Below, in pieces: positions 12,500-27,000 of a stretch of DNA of 64,000 nucleotides. This DNA is from Nageia nagi. Lineage: Eukaryota; Plantae; Pinophyta. Position 1 is the stretch's first letter, and each line of letters starts with the position of its first letter. The notes beneath the pieces were generated by a model. That model saw nothing but the letters and a program-made list of their open reading frames with translations. It made no database searches and had not been told where the DNA came from. The position numbers were made by a program, and so were the translations under genes. The stretch lies in NCBI GenBank assembly GCA_050084985.1, contig JBITNC010000001.1, positions 147,622,001 to 147,686,000 on the forward strand, written 5' to 3'.

Positions 12500-12800
12500 A
12501 CCTAAATTTTCCTCTTTCATCAGTGCCATGATCAACCCAATATCCACTGACCCTAAAATCATATGATAAACCCTTCTGCATCTCTTCCGGTGGATCATAC
12601 GGCACGGCAAAACCCGCCAAATAAGCCCCCCCATTCGCCACTTCCAAAACACCCTTTTCAACCCGAAAAAGCATTTTCATGACCCTCTCTCTTTCCCGCA
12701 ACACCCAGAAATCCCATTCCTGCAGCAAGATCTGTTGGACCCATCTGTATACAATCCACATTGGCAATCTCATCATTCTTAACCGCCCCCTTTGCCCCCC
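12500..12800 (-). pseudogene. C-terminal fragment of a plant HpcH/HpaI-family aldolase, frameshifted
   Basis: Across two frameshifts: GAVKNDEIANVDCIQMGPTDLAAGMGFLG/ERVMKMLFRVEKGVLEVANGGAYLAGFAVPYDPPEEMQK/VYHMILGSVDIGL. This matches the recalled plant HpcH/HpaI motifs VDCVQMGPLDLSAS, GGAYLSGFAMP and GYHMVAGAVDIGL. Confidence 0.85.
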
Positions 12801-12803
12801 TTG

Positions 12804-12825
12804 AGGTATGGATCCTATATATTTA
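12804..12825 (+). repeat. 22-bp direct repeat, right copy
   Basis: Identical to 3976-3997; abuts the truncation point of the aldolase fragment. Confidence 0.9.
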
Positions 12826-14004
12826 CAATATTGAAGAATAGGCTACAACACGTAATTGAACTTTTTCATAGCTGTATCCTGGCATATAACTCTTGCGGTT
12901 ATATTTACCTGTAGTTTAGCTACATATAGAGGCCCAGGAATGGCACTAACTTTAAATGATTACGAACCTTGATTCTATGCTAACAAAATTGTGGATTATT
13001 ACTTAGGAATATCAGTGAACTTTATCCCTCTTTTGTTATTATCCCTTTTGTATCAATCACAAGGGCAATGAATCCCAAGAAAAGAAACTGAATGCTCAGC
13101 ATAGCCCTAGTTTGTTTCTTTCTTGAAGTAATTCCTCTTTTGTTTGTTACACTAATCATCCCATGTAGATCTGTTGGAATTCAATATTAGTTGTCTATAT
13201 TTATAATTTCATTTTTGACTTTTGGAGACAGGTGGATTTAGTCCATTTTAAGTTTAACTAGAGATAAAAGCTGCTGTGTAAATCAACTGCCAATCATCCT
13301 CATTTAGGATGGTGTCTCTGGTTTGGTTATGTAATTTATTCTTCGCGTAAGAATAAAATGATATGTTGATTGTTATTTTGAATAAGGTAAAAGTTATATT
13401 AAATTCTTTTTTTTTAATCTTAATCAATATTTGTTAATAAAAAAATTATTTTTAATCCTAAAGGATGGTCATGAACCTCCTTTAAGATGTGTGTTTTAAA
13501 TCTTTCGGCTGTTATTTTGTTGATTTTATTTACTTACATATTTTTGAATTTAATATTTCAAACTATATATATTTTAAATAAGCAATTTAAAAGTTTGAAG
13601 TAAAAATTATTTTAAACTTCATTCTTTATTTTTCTTGTGTGATTTTGTATTACATATGCATCACATCAAAACTATTTACATTAATTAATTTGTAAAACTG
13701 TTGAAAGTGTTATTTTTAAATTTGACCAATGTCTTTTATTTATATTTGTGGACATCACAATGTTAAAAATTATTTATTTTCATTATTTACAAAATATATT
13801 TTAATTCTTATTTTTAATTCAACATAATAAAACAATGATTATTATTATTTATTGTTGGATGGTTGTAATAAATAATATGGATTAAATTTAAAATATTTAT
13901 AATTACAATAAATCTTATTAATTGGATCATGGGAAAGAATAAAAAATATTATGATAATAAATAAAAATTTAATTTACTTCTTTCCAATAAATATATAAAA
14001 AATT

Positions 14005-14450
14005 AATTTTTGAATATTTTATTTGTATATAAAACAATAGTGTGAAATAGTTGATAGTTTACAACAAAATTTAAATACATTAAATCAAAATTTAAAAGTT
14101 TTAATAGTGAACTTATTTTCTTAAATTTAATATATGAAAATTATTTTTTGAATATATATGTGATAAATAGTTGATACTTTGCAAAAATATTTTATATTCT
14201 TGTAATGATTGTGTATGATAAAATTTATATTGTATATTTACTTTTATATTTTTATATACAAAATTAGTTTTTGAATATTTTATTTGTATATAAAACAATA
14301 GTGTGAAATAGTTGATATTTTACAACAAAATATAAATACATTAAATCAAATGTTAAAAGTCTTCATAGTGAACTTATTTTCTTAATTTTAATATATGAAA
14401 ATTAATTTTTGAATATGATAAAATTTATATTGTATATTTATTTTTATATT
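14005..14450. repeat. AT-rich tandem duplication, ~261-bp period
   Basis: GAATATTTTATTTGTATATAAAACAATAGTGTGAAATAGTTGATA... at ~14012 and ~14273. Confidence 0.85.
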
Positions 14451-15254
14451 TGTAAAATTTGTAAAATAAAATGATAACCAGTTTACTAGATTTAGTAGAT
14501 TTTGGCATCGTTGCTACATATTTTGTATTTTTATATTTATACAACTACTTTTTTGTATATAGTTTGCATTGAATTGTGATAATTTTTGAAATGGTTTTAA
14601 CTTTATTTTCATCAGTAATATACTACTCAAGTCCATTGATTAACATCTTAAAATTCATATTCCAACGATATCATGTGTTTCTCATAATGATTGATGTTAT
14701 CATTAATCATCTATGGGAAATTTTTAAATGATTAAATTTCTTTATCATCAATATACTTGTGTTTATTGATTAACATACGAATATTTGTATTCCATTGGTA
14801 TTGTGTTTTGTTTTGATGATTGATATTATCAGTAATCATCTAGCATTAACATATTATTTGTTTAGTCAAACAATGGTTATAATGATTTATTAATTTGATA
14901 AACCTCATTAATTGATGATAATACTTGTCCAAAGTTGCTTTGATATTATTTGATGATTTATCAACTTGATAACAATGGATTTTATTTACTTTAGATAACC
15001 TTGTATTCCTTGGTGGTAACTTTATACATGTTTGATGATTTATGATTGAACTTTTCTTATTGATGATTAACTTTAATTATTTGGTGATGAAAGTTTTACA
15101 TATTTGAAGATGAATTTGTTCTATTATAATGAGAAATTTTAATAGTGTTAACGAATTTTAAGACATCCATATCAATTACGATTTCTAGATTGAAAATTCT
15201 ACTTACTAATTAAGGTTTCCACATTGATATTTCTAATTTTACTAATATAGATAA

Positions 15255-17765
15255 AAAAGGTGAGGGCAAAGGAGTGAGGGTGAACATAATATCAATGTCC
15301 ATTATTAGATCACAAGATGAATCATAAAAGAAATCAAGAGGGATGGAGCAGTTAGAGTATGAAGGACTAAAATGCAAATTGAATGGTCGAGAAAGAAAGA
15401 GAGTGGGAGAGGGAGCAAGGTGTGAAAGGGGAGAGAGAGAGAGAGAGACAAAGAGGGAAAGGGCAAGGGAGAGGGAGAGTGGGATAAAAGGGGTGAGAGG
15501 AGTAGAGGAAAGAAAGAGGGAGGAGTAAAGGTAGAGGGAGAAGAGGGGTATGAGAATAAGGGGGGAGGAGAGGGAGAGGTGTGGTAGAGTGACAAGGAGG
15601 GTGGGAAGAGGGGAGTGGAAGAGTGAGAGGAAGGGGTAAGGAGAGGGGGAGTGGGAAAGAGAGGGGTAGCTAAGGAGTGGAGGAGAGAGGGAGGGGGTGT
15701 GGATGGGTGAAAAGGGGATTAGGAGATGAGGGAGGGGGGGAGAGGGAGGGGGTGTGGGTGAGAGGGATTGAGAGAGTCAATGATAGGGTAATGGAAGAGT
15801 GAAGGGGTAAGAGGGTGAGGGAGGTAGAGGGTAATAAGAGAGAGAGTTAGGGGAAGAGGGAGGGAGAAGGGGTGAGCAAGGGTTTTGAGAGGGTGAGTGG
15901 GAAGAGGGGAGAGGAGGTGATGTGAGAGAGTGGGAGGGGAGGAGGTGAGAGAGAGTGGGAGAGGAAGGGGTAGGGGAGGGGGATGTAGGGTGGGAAAGAG
16001 TGAAGAAAATGGTGATAATGGATTGGGAAGGAAAGAAAGAAAAAAATTATACTAATGTCCATAGATGATCAAAAGTAATTAATAGGATTGAAAGGTATAC
16101 AAGTCTAAAGCAACATGAGGGGCTCAATAGCCCTTCCTCAAAGCAAACTATGAAAAATTAAAATAATATAAGGGTTAATCTCTAAAAGGGAATGAATAAT
16201 CAAATAAAGAAACATATTAAGCAAACATAATCAAAGGGGAGGTCTCTCATGATTTGTTTGACTATGGGTAAGGATGGGGGGTTGGAGAGAGTGGGAGAGA
16301 GAAAAAGGGTGATGATAGATTGGAAAATAAAGAAAAAAATTATACTAATGTCCATAGATGATCAAAGGTAATCAATAGGATTGAAGGGTATACAAGTCAA
16401 AGCAACATGAGGGGTTCAATAGTTAAGAAGTGGAGGAGAGAGGGAGGGGGTGTGGATAGGTGAAAAGGGGATCGGGAGATGCGGGAGAGGGGGGAGAGGG
16501 AGGGGGTGTGGGTGAGAGGGATTGAGAGAGTTAATGATAGGGTAATGGAAGAGTGAGGGGTAAGAGGGTGAGGGAGGTAGAGGGTAACAAGAGAGAGAGT
16601 TAGGGGAAGAGGGAGGGAGAAGGGGTGAGCAAGGGTTTTGAGAGGGTGAGTGGGAAGAGGGGAGAGAAGGTGATGTGAGAGAGTGGGAGGGGAGGAGGTG
16701 AGAGAGAGTAGGAGAGGAAGGGGTAGGGGAGGGGGATGTAGGGTGGGAGAGAGTGAGGAAAATGGTGATAGTGGATTGGGAAGGAAAGAAAGAAAGAAAT
16801 TATACTAATGTCCACATATGATCAAAAGTAATCAATAGGATTGAAAGGTATACAAGTCTAAAGCAACATGAGGGGCTCAATAGCCCTTCAAAGCAAACTA
16901 TGAAAAATCAAAATAATATAAGGGTTAATCTATAAAAGGAAATAAATAATCAAATAAAGAAACATATTAAGCAGACATAATCAAAGGGGAGGTCTCTCAT
17001 GATTTATCTAACTATGGGTAAGGATGGGGGGTGGGAGAGAGTGGGAGAGAGAAAAAGGGTGACGATAGATTGAAAAATAAAGAAAAAAAATTATACTAAT
17101 GTCCACAGATGACCAAAGGCAATCAATAGGATTGAAGGGTATACAAGTCAAAGCAACATGAGGGGCTCAATAGCCCTCACTCAAAGTAAACTATGAAAAA
17201 TTTAAAAATAATATAAGGGTTAATCTTTAAAAAGTAATAAATAATTGAATAAAAAAACTTATTAAGCAAACATAGTTAAAGGGGAGGTCTCTCATAATCT
17301 ATCTAACTATGCACTCCTGGGTGATTTGTGTTTGCATTGACATTATTGTAGATAAAGAGGGTCATGATTTGTTACAACCTCATAGAACTAAGGTGAGCAT
17401 GCACCCTCTGTCTGGTATATCAAGAGATGAGAATGAGAGTGGGGATATAGGGAGGGGTAATGAGGGAGAGAGAGAGTGGGGGAGGGATTAAGGGTAAGAG
17501 ATGGTAGAGAGAGGCGGTGGGAAAAGGGGAAGGGAAGGGAAGGGGGTCAGAAAGGAGGAGTGGGAGAGTGAGAGGGGAGAGGGTGAGAGGGTAGGGGTAT
17601 GAGAGAGTGGGAGAGGGGGTGGTGTAGAGGGAGAGGGGGTAATCATCATTGAGAATATGATGAAGAGGGGAGATCTCATTAATGAACACCATATCAACGT
17701 CCATGATTAGATCACAAGATAAATCATATAAGAAGGATTAGATAAACTAAAATGCAAATTAATGT
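15255..17765. repeat. Hierarchical purine-rich (GA/GGA) tandem array
   Basis: 753-bp duplication (15672 vs 16425). A ~90-bp core AATTATACTAATGTCCA..AGCAACATGAGGGG occurs at ~16045, 16338, 16797 and 17089. A related motif occurs at ~15285 and ~17685. Long G/A-only tracts lie between them. Confidence 0.9.
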
Positions 17766-17769
17766 TATA

Positions 17770-20700
17770 TTCTTTATAACTAGTCTCATCTTGATCTAGA
17801 AGATTAAGATTGATGATTTATTCTTTTAGACATTTAAGTTTAGGAACATAAAACCCTATGCCTTTATTATCATTTTCATACTAAAAAAGAATTAGAAAAA
17901 TATGAATATATTCTTATTCATACTTTGTTAGGCCATAGCCTTATCAACTACATTTAGTAAAGTATCTACACAAAATTTGGATAAGCTAAATAATCAATTT
18001 TTGTACAAAAATTATTCAAGGTTTACTCGAAAGGAATATCAAATAGTTTGTCTATGTCAGCATAGACAAAGAAGGATTAATTAAGATGATCCATGGCCTA
18101 AAGGAATAATCAAACCATTGATAAGCAGGGATTCCTTTGGTTTTTCCAAATCTTTAATTGAAGGAATATTTAAACATAACATCATTAATAGAATATTCCC
18201 CCATTCCAAGATTCTTATATTTGACTAAAATAAGAAATTATGAGGATCTATTATTAGCTTGATCTTGGTCATTGAATGCCTGACCAACTTGAGAAGAAGG
18301 ATTTTTTTCTTAAGGTATTTCTAATGTTGCACATGAAGAATAAAAATCAACCAATGGTGGAGTGTTATGATAATATTGGGGTTGATTTCTAATTACAACG
18401 TAAGATTGTGAGTTAGAGCTAGATGGGGTGGATGGTGAGACCTTGGTAGACATACCATGTGAATGTATAATGGTAGGTACATCCATTGGTTGTGATGAAG
18501 ATGAAGGTCTCAACACTTGTACTTGAATGTGAAGAGAATTTGATGATGAAGATCCTTGTGAACTAGAAGATGTCTAGTTTAGATAATTATTCACAAGAAT
18601 GGCATCAAGAAAAAGGTGGGATGAAGGCATCCCAAAAGAATCAAAAACCTAAATAGAATTATAGCTAAAAGGGTTATTATCCATAGGAATACAATACACC
18701 TTATCCTCGTGTATATACTTTAAAAGCCCATGTAGTGTGGATAGAACACATTCCATTTCTCTAATCCAAGGTCTACCCAATAAGATATTATACTACATCT
18801 CTCGTTCAATCACATAACAAGTAGTCAAAAAATTTCTAACTCCTACCTTGAGTGGAAGAATGATGGTACCCATGATAGAACATAGTGTATTATTGAAAGC
18901 TTTGATTGTAAGGATGGGAACATTTAAATATGAAATAGCCACCTTGAGATGTTTCAAAGCTATTGATGATACTACATTAATTATTGATTCTTCATCTACC
19001 AACACTCTTTTGATTGGGTGATTATCCACATGTGCTATAATATGAAGTAGTGTATCCTTTACCTTAGGATTTATAGATTGGTAAATCTCTTTCTCTTAAA
19101 ATGTTATAGAAGGTTTTGCATAACTCTAAATAGCACCAATAAAATCTATAAAAGAAATTAGATTGTCATGTGGTAGTTCAATGGTCTTAAGTATATCGTT
19201 TAATGCATCCTAATGTGCCTTAACTGTTGAAGTAAATCTAACAAAGATAACTTGATGGGAGTTACCCTTAATTGTAGCTCTAGTTATATTTTATTGTGAT
19301 AATGGTTGACAAGGTTGTTTTTGAATCTAAATTTGTGCTTGAGATTGAGCTCTTATTTGTCTTGTTGGGAGATCTTTATCACCACCTCTACCACTCCTGG
19401 TGGCTATACCAACCATATCAACATCAATCATACCCATAAATTCATAAATTTATGTTGATCACCATATCTAATAGCATTAACTTGATTTACATTATTGTTA
19501 TGCTTAAGTAATAGATCTTAAAAGATACCCAAGTTTCTATTTGGATGTACCATAAGATTATATGTAGATTTCTAACCATCATCAATCAAACATCGAATCA
19601 AGGCTCTCAAATATTGACATTTATTTGTATCATGATCCATTTGTTTATGACAAGCTCAAAACTCTTTATACCATGCTATACTTTCACTATATGGAACTTC
19701 TTACTTGATGTCAGGAAGTGTCAAAAGTTATGCATCAAGAAATTCCTTAAGGACATCTTCAATAGGCTCTGCTAGGGGTGTCTAATTTCTTTGTTATCTT
19801 GGAGCTCTATGTGACCCACCCTAATTATTTCCTTGATCATCTCTTTATTGAATGGGAGCTTGTGACTAAACTTAAGGCTAATTATTCCTTAGAGGTATTG
19901 AAGGAACTAGCTATAATATTGGTTGTGCTTGATTTACCTCTTGAGAAACATGATTATTGTATGTCTCTAGCTGATAACTATTAGGGTGAACTCCATTGTT
20001 ATTCTTCTTCTGATGGTTCTCTCTCTTTCTTAAATTTATTTTACCATCTTGAATCTTAGCCTTTTCAATTATTTTTGCTTGTGCAAGGTCATCGTTAAAG
20101 GCTAAATTTCTTTGAATTTATAGAAAGGATTATATGTGCTTGTTACATGACCTAGAAAATACCTTAACCAATTCAACCCGTGAAAGTTTATATGGCATAT
20201 CAATAACTATTTCTTTCCACCTATATACATAGTTTGAAATTGATTTATCCTCAAACTATCATAATTTGCTCAAGTCTATAAAAATGACCTCTTCCTAATA
20301 TTAATTACAAAGTGCTCTACAAATAGATTGGCCAAGAGTTCAAAAGAGTATATGTTGTATTGTGGTAAGTTGTTATACCAATATAAAGCTTTCCCTTCAA
20401 GCATCATAGGGAGAGTCCTTAACATGAGTATACAATCATTAGATATGATGTAACAAGAGTACTTAAATTATTTGAAGTGTTCCCCATGGTCTTATTTCCC
20501 TTTGAACTTGTCAATATTTGGTACTTCAAATTTGAAGGGAAAGTCTTTAATTGGAACCAAAGGATGGATATGATTATTGCGTATTGACACATAAGATAGC
20601 TTATCCTTTCCTTGAACATTTAGCTTGAGTTCCATCTCATTTAGATTCTTAAGAATTTCAATATTTATATCCTCAAACTAATTAGTTGTAACACATGTTC

Positions 20701-23700
20701 TTTGATCTTGATGTAATCCCAAAGGTTGATTCACTTGTTGGTTCTAACTAGTATTTATTTGAGGCACCCAACTTGGTTAGATTTGATATTGAAACCCTTA
20801 AGTCACATGATGTTGCAATCCTTAACTAAGGAATTGAGGTTCACCAAAAGATGGATTTGGAGCTTGTTGAAATGATAGGAAATACCTTTGGGTTGATGTT
20901 GGTATTTTTTATTGGACAAGTGCATACACTTAATGATGATCATAGCTTTGTTGTGTATATGATTGCCTAGGTTGAGGAGGTACATTCACATGTCGTAGAG
21001 AGAAACAACTTGTTATGAATGTAATTGGGTTGGTACCCTATATGAACTTTTGTTTATTGTATATTGATGGTGCGTATGTTTATTGAACCCATGAGAAGGA
21101 AACATGATGTATAATACCTTGAGGGTCTTGTGATCTCAAGCTGATCGACATAATTGGCTATTGATTAGAAGTATTACATTGTTCAACCATAGAATCTCAG
21201 GGTGATGTAACCTTAGTTCTAACCCTTAAGGCTTGTGATCCATGATCTACCCCTTGCTCTTATGAAATATGTTGATTCTCCACAACTTGTTGTTAGCGCT
21301 ATAAACTTTATACTACTCTTTAAATAATCTTTATTTCTCTTGATCTTCAAGATAAAGAGCATTAGATGGACCAAGAGTGGTTGTTTCAAGTTGTGAAAGT
21401 GGCACATGATGTGAAGTATCAAATTTAGATGCAAATGTAGCTTGGGGTACACTTGATATGCTCTTGATTGGAAGTGAAAGGTATGCTTGCAACAATTATA
21501 TATAATGGCATAAAGAAGATTTGGAAAGTTTATCAATTACCTCTTGAAAAGGTAGTTTCTTACTGTTTATCTTCCTTTAAGCAATAAGTGGAGAATCTTA
21601 TTTTTCATCATCTTGGACATCATTGTAATCCATTGTGGCTATAAAGGATTGGGGTGCAAAATGTAAAGGTTGAGAAACCCTTACACCTTCCACTACTTGG
21701 GGATAAGAATCTATCAAGGTTGTGTATTTATGTCTATGTTGAGATTCAACAACTTAAGGCTTTAGGGAAGAGGGAAAACCTTGTCTGGTCTTAAATTGCT
21801 CAAATAATTTTTGGACAAGTGGATCACTCATACAAAGATCTTCTTGGGAATCAACCACATTTAAATATGGAGAGTCAAATCCTTCAAATGAGGGATTTCT
21901 ATGAACACTAGGCCTAATCATATGCTTGTGTAGTTGTAAACGTTCTTGAAGTTATGGGTTGAAGGTATGTCTAGATGGAGTTGTTGAAATGGAATATACT
22001 TATGTCACTTGGGGTGTATGTGGGTTGGAAGAAGGATTATTTTGAGGTTGGAAATCTTGTTGTACTTCTTCTCTAACTTATCTCATCATTGATTAAGACT
22101 TAGTATCAACCATAGCAATATATGGATCATCATCCATCATCAAGTTGTTACTTTAAAACTCTTTTTATCTCTTTACATAAAGATTAAACAAAATGCTCAT
22201 AATAATAAAAACATCCATGGGGCAATAAAAGTCAAAGAAAATAAATAGCAAGCCTAAAGTCTTGTTATCATATTTATTTAATAAATGCAAGACTAAAATA
22301 ATCAACCTATATGATTTTTCAAAGATAGAAATCCTATATGACAAGATAGCAATCGTGAGCATATACCAATGGTGTGTTATCTTTTTTAGTTGCTTATTTA
22401 TTCAATTAGGACACTTATCTTTTTAATGAGATTGATTTTAAGATTCTTTTGACCTCTTTTATAGTTTTCCTAGAATTAACCTAGTTAAGCACTTTAGGAA
22501 AAGGCTCAAGTCCTCACCTTGGTAATCACCTCCAAGTGTGAGTGAGGTTGTGGGGAGAAAGGTCCATGTGCCTTGGAAAAATCCTACGCCTGTGAATTAA
22601 AAATGAAATATAATAAAGCAAATATGATTATACAACTAAGTGTATGTAAAGTGAAACTACAACCCTTCACAATACAACAAATAAATTTGGTACTCCCACT
22701 CATGTATGAGGTTTCACAAATGCAAGTATAAAATGAGAATAAAAATAAAAATATTTTTATTTTTATTTTTCAAAGAAAATCCCTAATATGCACACAATAA
22801 ATAAGGTCTAATCTAGAGCATACACAATTAAGGTACATGCCTAAGGGGCTCTTGCTCTAAAAGCTCTAGCTCTCATACAACACATGTACAAACTTTGATC
22901 TTAACTGACCTCCTGAAGGATGATTATTAGCAATACCAACCAGCCATAGTGGTACTTAGAGAATTTTAATAAATGATTGATAAATACCCAAAAATTAATA
23001 AAACCCTATGACAAGGATATCCAAATTTTTTACCTAACCAGTCAAAGGACTAGTGACACCTATTATAGACTCCAAGATGATACAAAGACAAAAATATAAG
23101 CCTAAATCAATGCTAATTACTAGGATAGTTTTAACTAGTTTGCACAAAATCGACTGTAGAAATAATTTATAGGGTAAAAGAAAGCTAAAATGATAGTCAA
23201 TCTGGTGAAAGCCGACTACAAAAATATAGCCAATTTTATCAAAGTTGGTTGAAGATTTGGAATGAATTGTCTAATAAAGTTTTAAGATATCGTTCCAAAC
23301 TTTACCATGGTAAATCCCTGAAAGCCACACTAGAAATTAGTATTGCTAGTATGTTGTAAGCAAGGAGAAGTATCCAAATATAAAAGCAAAATACCAAAAA
23401 TGAGGGTAAAGTTAGGAAAACTCCTTTATGAATCTGATGCTCAAGGACCAAGGTGTCCCACCATGATCACCATTCTATAATACCAATTTCTTGCACTTTA
23501 GATTGAAAGCACACCCTATAAATAATCTAGAAAATAAATCATACCAACAAAGTAACAATGATATGTAATAGGCAATGTGTCTCTATAGTGTTGTAATTTT
23601 TCTCTAGTGAATAAACATAACCTACAAAATAATAATGAAAAGGGAAACTCGACCTTCAAGTCTTTAATACCTTGAAGGGATCAAAGTAGGGAGTAGATCC

Positions 23701-24020
23701 CTATTTCTTGACTATATATCCCTTGACCCTTAATCAAAAGGGTGGTATAAAATAGTCGGAAGGATGTAGAGCTATATGACATGCATGATTTTAGACTAAA
23801 TGATTATTTTTATATTTTATATGCAGGAATAAATTGATGTGATTAAACTAATATGATATACATGAGTTAAAACCTACATGCAATATAAAAATCTTCAAAT
23901 ATACAATGTTGAATTCATTAACAAATGTTAACTTATGCAAAGAAGCTAAATAATGAAGCTAATATTACTAAAACTAGTAAAACCTAGCATGTAGTAACAT
24001 GCAAGCTCCTATAATGATTT
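17770..24020 (-). mobile_element. Gypsy (Tat-like) 5' half: partial LTR, PBS-like site, long leader, degenerate gag and protease
   Basis: Protease KRVLVDEESIINVV...YNILLGRPWI (18770-19030) and gag KFDKFKGK*DHG (20480-20530). PBS-like site at ~23455-23472 next to an LTR-like end at ~23475. Confidence 0.8.
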
Positions 24021-27000
24021 TCCCCTTTGGAATTGTTTTATCCTTCTTGAGTGTGTCATGATGAGGCTTCTACAACTTACTTAGCCTCTCATATCTTCCA
24101 TCTTGATGAATATGACTACTCATACCTTCCCATCCTTAAGAAACTTGAAGATGGTTCATATATGAATATTGGGAAAATAGTTGAGATAGACATTAGTAAT
24201 GATCTAAAACATCCTAAGATAGTATACCTAGGTAATGTGTTGATAGAATAAGAAAGAAAAATAACTATATCTATTTTGAAGGAGTGTCAAAAATATTTGA
24301 TTATGAGTACATTGATATGCCAAGATTGGATCTTAATCTAGTGGTACATAATATTGTGACACTTTTTGATGCTAAATCCATCAAACAAAAACCTATAAAG
24401 GTCCATCCCACATATTCTTTATTGATCAAGGATGAGATTCATAAGCTTATCAAGGCTACGTTTATCACTTCTATTGATTACCCTCAATGGATGTCAAATA
24501 TGGTTTTAGTTGCTAAGATAGATGGTCATATCAAAGTGTACAGATTTCAGAGACTTAAATTAAGCTTTCCCTAATGATGATTTTCCATTACCTAAAATTG
24601 ACTCCTTTGTGGACAATATAATGGGTTATGAGATTTATCCCTCATGGATGGATTCTTGAGCTGTAATCAAATTTGGATCACTCCAAAAGATCAACACAAG
24701 ATAACATTTAGCACTCCATGGGATACTTATTGCCATAGAATTATGCCCTTTTATATTAAGAATGTAGGGGCTACATACGAATGAGCTATAACTTATATCT
24801 TCCACAACATGATGAATGATATAGTTAAAGACTATTTAGATGATCTCTTAGCTAAATCAAGTCTTTTGTAGACTCGTAGAGCATAATGTTAGATTAAATC
24901 CTAAGAAGGGCATGTTTGACATCACATCAAGAAAACTTTTAAGATACATTATATCAAAAAGAGGCATAGAAATAGATCCTAATAAGGTCAAAGCCAAAGC
25001 AGATATGCCTCCACCCCATGATGTCAAGATATTACAAAGTATCCAAGGAAATATCCAATCTATAAGGAGATTCATAGCTCAACTTTCAAACAAATGCAGA
25101 CTTTTCATTGAACTCTTGAAGAAGGGAATTGAATATCAATGGAATGAGAAATATTAGCAGGCCTTTGAAGATATTAAGTAATATCTCTTAACATCTCTTA
25201 TGTTGATACTCCTTAGGGATGGGATCCCTTTTGATTTATATCTTTCAGCTATAGATTTTGCATTAGGGATCATGTTAGCTAAACAAAATGATCAAGGCAA
25301 GGAACAAGTTATTTATTATCTTAGTTAGACACTTTTGGACTATGAGGTTTATTATATATACATAGAATCTTTTCCTTGCTATATCCTTTTCAACTAAGAA
25401 TCTATACGATTATATACTCAACCATACCACATATTTCATATCTCAAGTTGATCCACTTAAATACATGATAAGCAAGATAAACCATAACATAAGAACATCT
25501 AAATGGCCTATGTTTCTTTTAGAGTTTGACCTTAAGTTTATCAACCAAAATTTCATAAAAGGTTAAGTCCTAATTGATCAATTGGTTGAACCTCCTTTGA
25601 AGGATACATAACCTTTAGATGTTAGTCTCCTTGATGAGGATATATTTTGTGATGGATCAAAGTATGAACAAGGGGAAGGGGCATGAGTAGTATTTCTCAC
25701 ACCTTTGGATATGCCTATCCCTTACTCCTTCAAGCTTAACTTCCCATATACAAACAAAAATGTCAAATATGAAGATTTGATCTTGGGCCTCAAGACAACA
25801 TTAGAGTTGAAGTTTTAGAAACGTAAGATCTATGAAGATTATTAGTTGGTTTTTAATAAGATCTTGGGTACATATCAGTGTCATAATGAGCTTTTACATG
25901 ATTATAAATGCATTGATCTCAAGTTGTTGAAACAATTCAAGAAATATAAAATCAAGGTAGCGTCTCAATATTCAAACAAATTTGCAGACATCATGGTGTC
26001 TCTTGGTTCAGTTATCTTGATTGATCCTTTCAAATAAATTCAACATATGGAAATTATGACACTAAAAGAATCCTCTCTTAAGAAATTCCCATCGTATTAG
26101 TTCGTAAGTGCATATGCCAATAAACTTATGGTCAAAGAAAAGGATTTGTGGTACAAAAAATTGCATGAATACCTTAAGTGGAATGCCTGTCCCCCTAATT
26201 TGTCACCTAGTAAGAAGAGAATATTTAAGCATAAAGTGGTAAAGTATGTCATCTTAGGGGATGTGATTTACAAATGTGCATTTGATGGAGTCCTATTAAG
26301 ATGTTTAGAACATTATGATCAAAAAATAACAATCCATACTTTCCATGATGAAATTTGTTAAGACCATTTTAATAGAGCTACCATCATTGAGAGAATTTTA
26401 TGAATGGGTTATTATTGGCCCACCATGGAAAAAGATTGTAATGAGTATGTCAAAAAGTGTATCAAGTGTTAACAACATGTTAAGCTTCATCACTTTCCTT
26501 CATAACCATTGCAATCAATTCAAGCCATGTGGCTATTTTCTTAGTGGGGATTTAATTTGGTAGAATAATTTACCCCTCCCTCACAAGGAGGATATAAGTT
26601 CATAATCACATCTACAAAGGACTTTAAAAAGTAGGTAGAAGTAGTACCCTTGGTTTCTACTATAGGTCCTAAGATTGTAAATTTTATTGAGATAAATATC
26701 ATATGTCATTTTAGAATCAAGACAACTATTATCACAAATAATGGTCCCAACAAGCAATCATTTTGTTCATCATATTACCCATAGGGAAATGGAAAAGCAT
26801 AAGCTAGCAACACAATTATTGCAAGTATCCTTAAGAACATGGTCAATGAAAATCACACAATCTATTTACCATATGCTTTATGGGATTATCAAACAAGTAT
26901 TAGAACACCTACATGAGTTACTCCATTCTCTTTAGTTTATGGTGTTGAATTAGTCATGCCACTTGAATTAGAGATCTAATCATTGAGAGTTCAACTTCAG

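Noticed and set aside
13455-13490. Hairpin ATCCTAAAGGA..TCCTTTAAGAT as a Helitron 3' end for the captured-gene block
   Set aside because: No CTRR terminus at the expected distance on either strand, and it lies outside the 22-bp repeats.
15305-17704. Pro/Leu/Ser-rich and Glu/Arg-rich ORFs
   Set aside because: Artefacts of low-complexity GA repeats.
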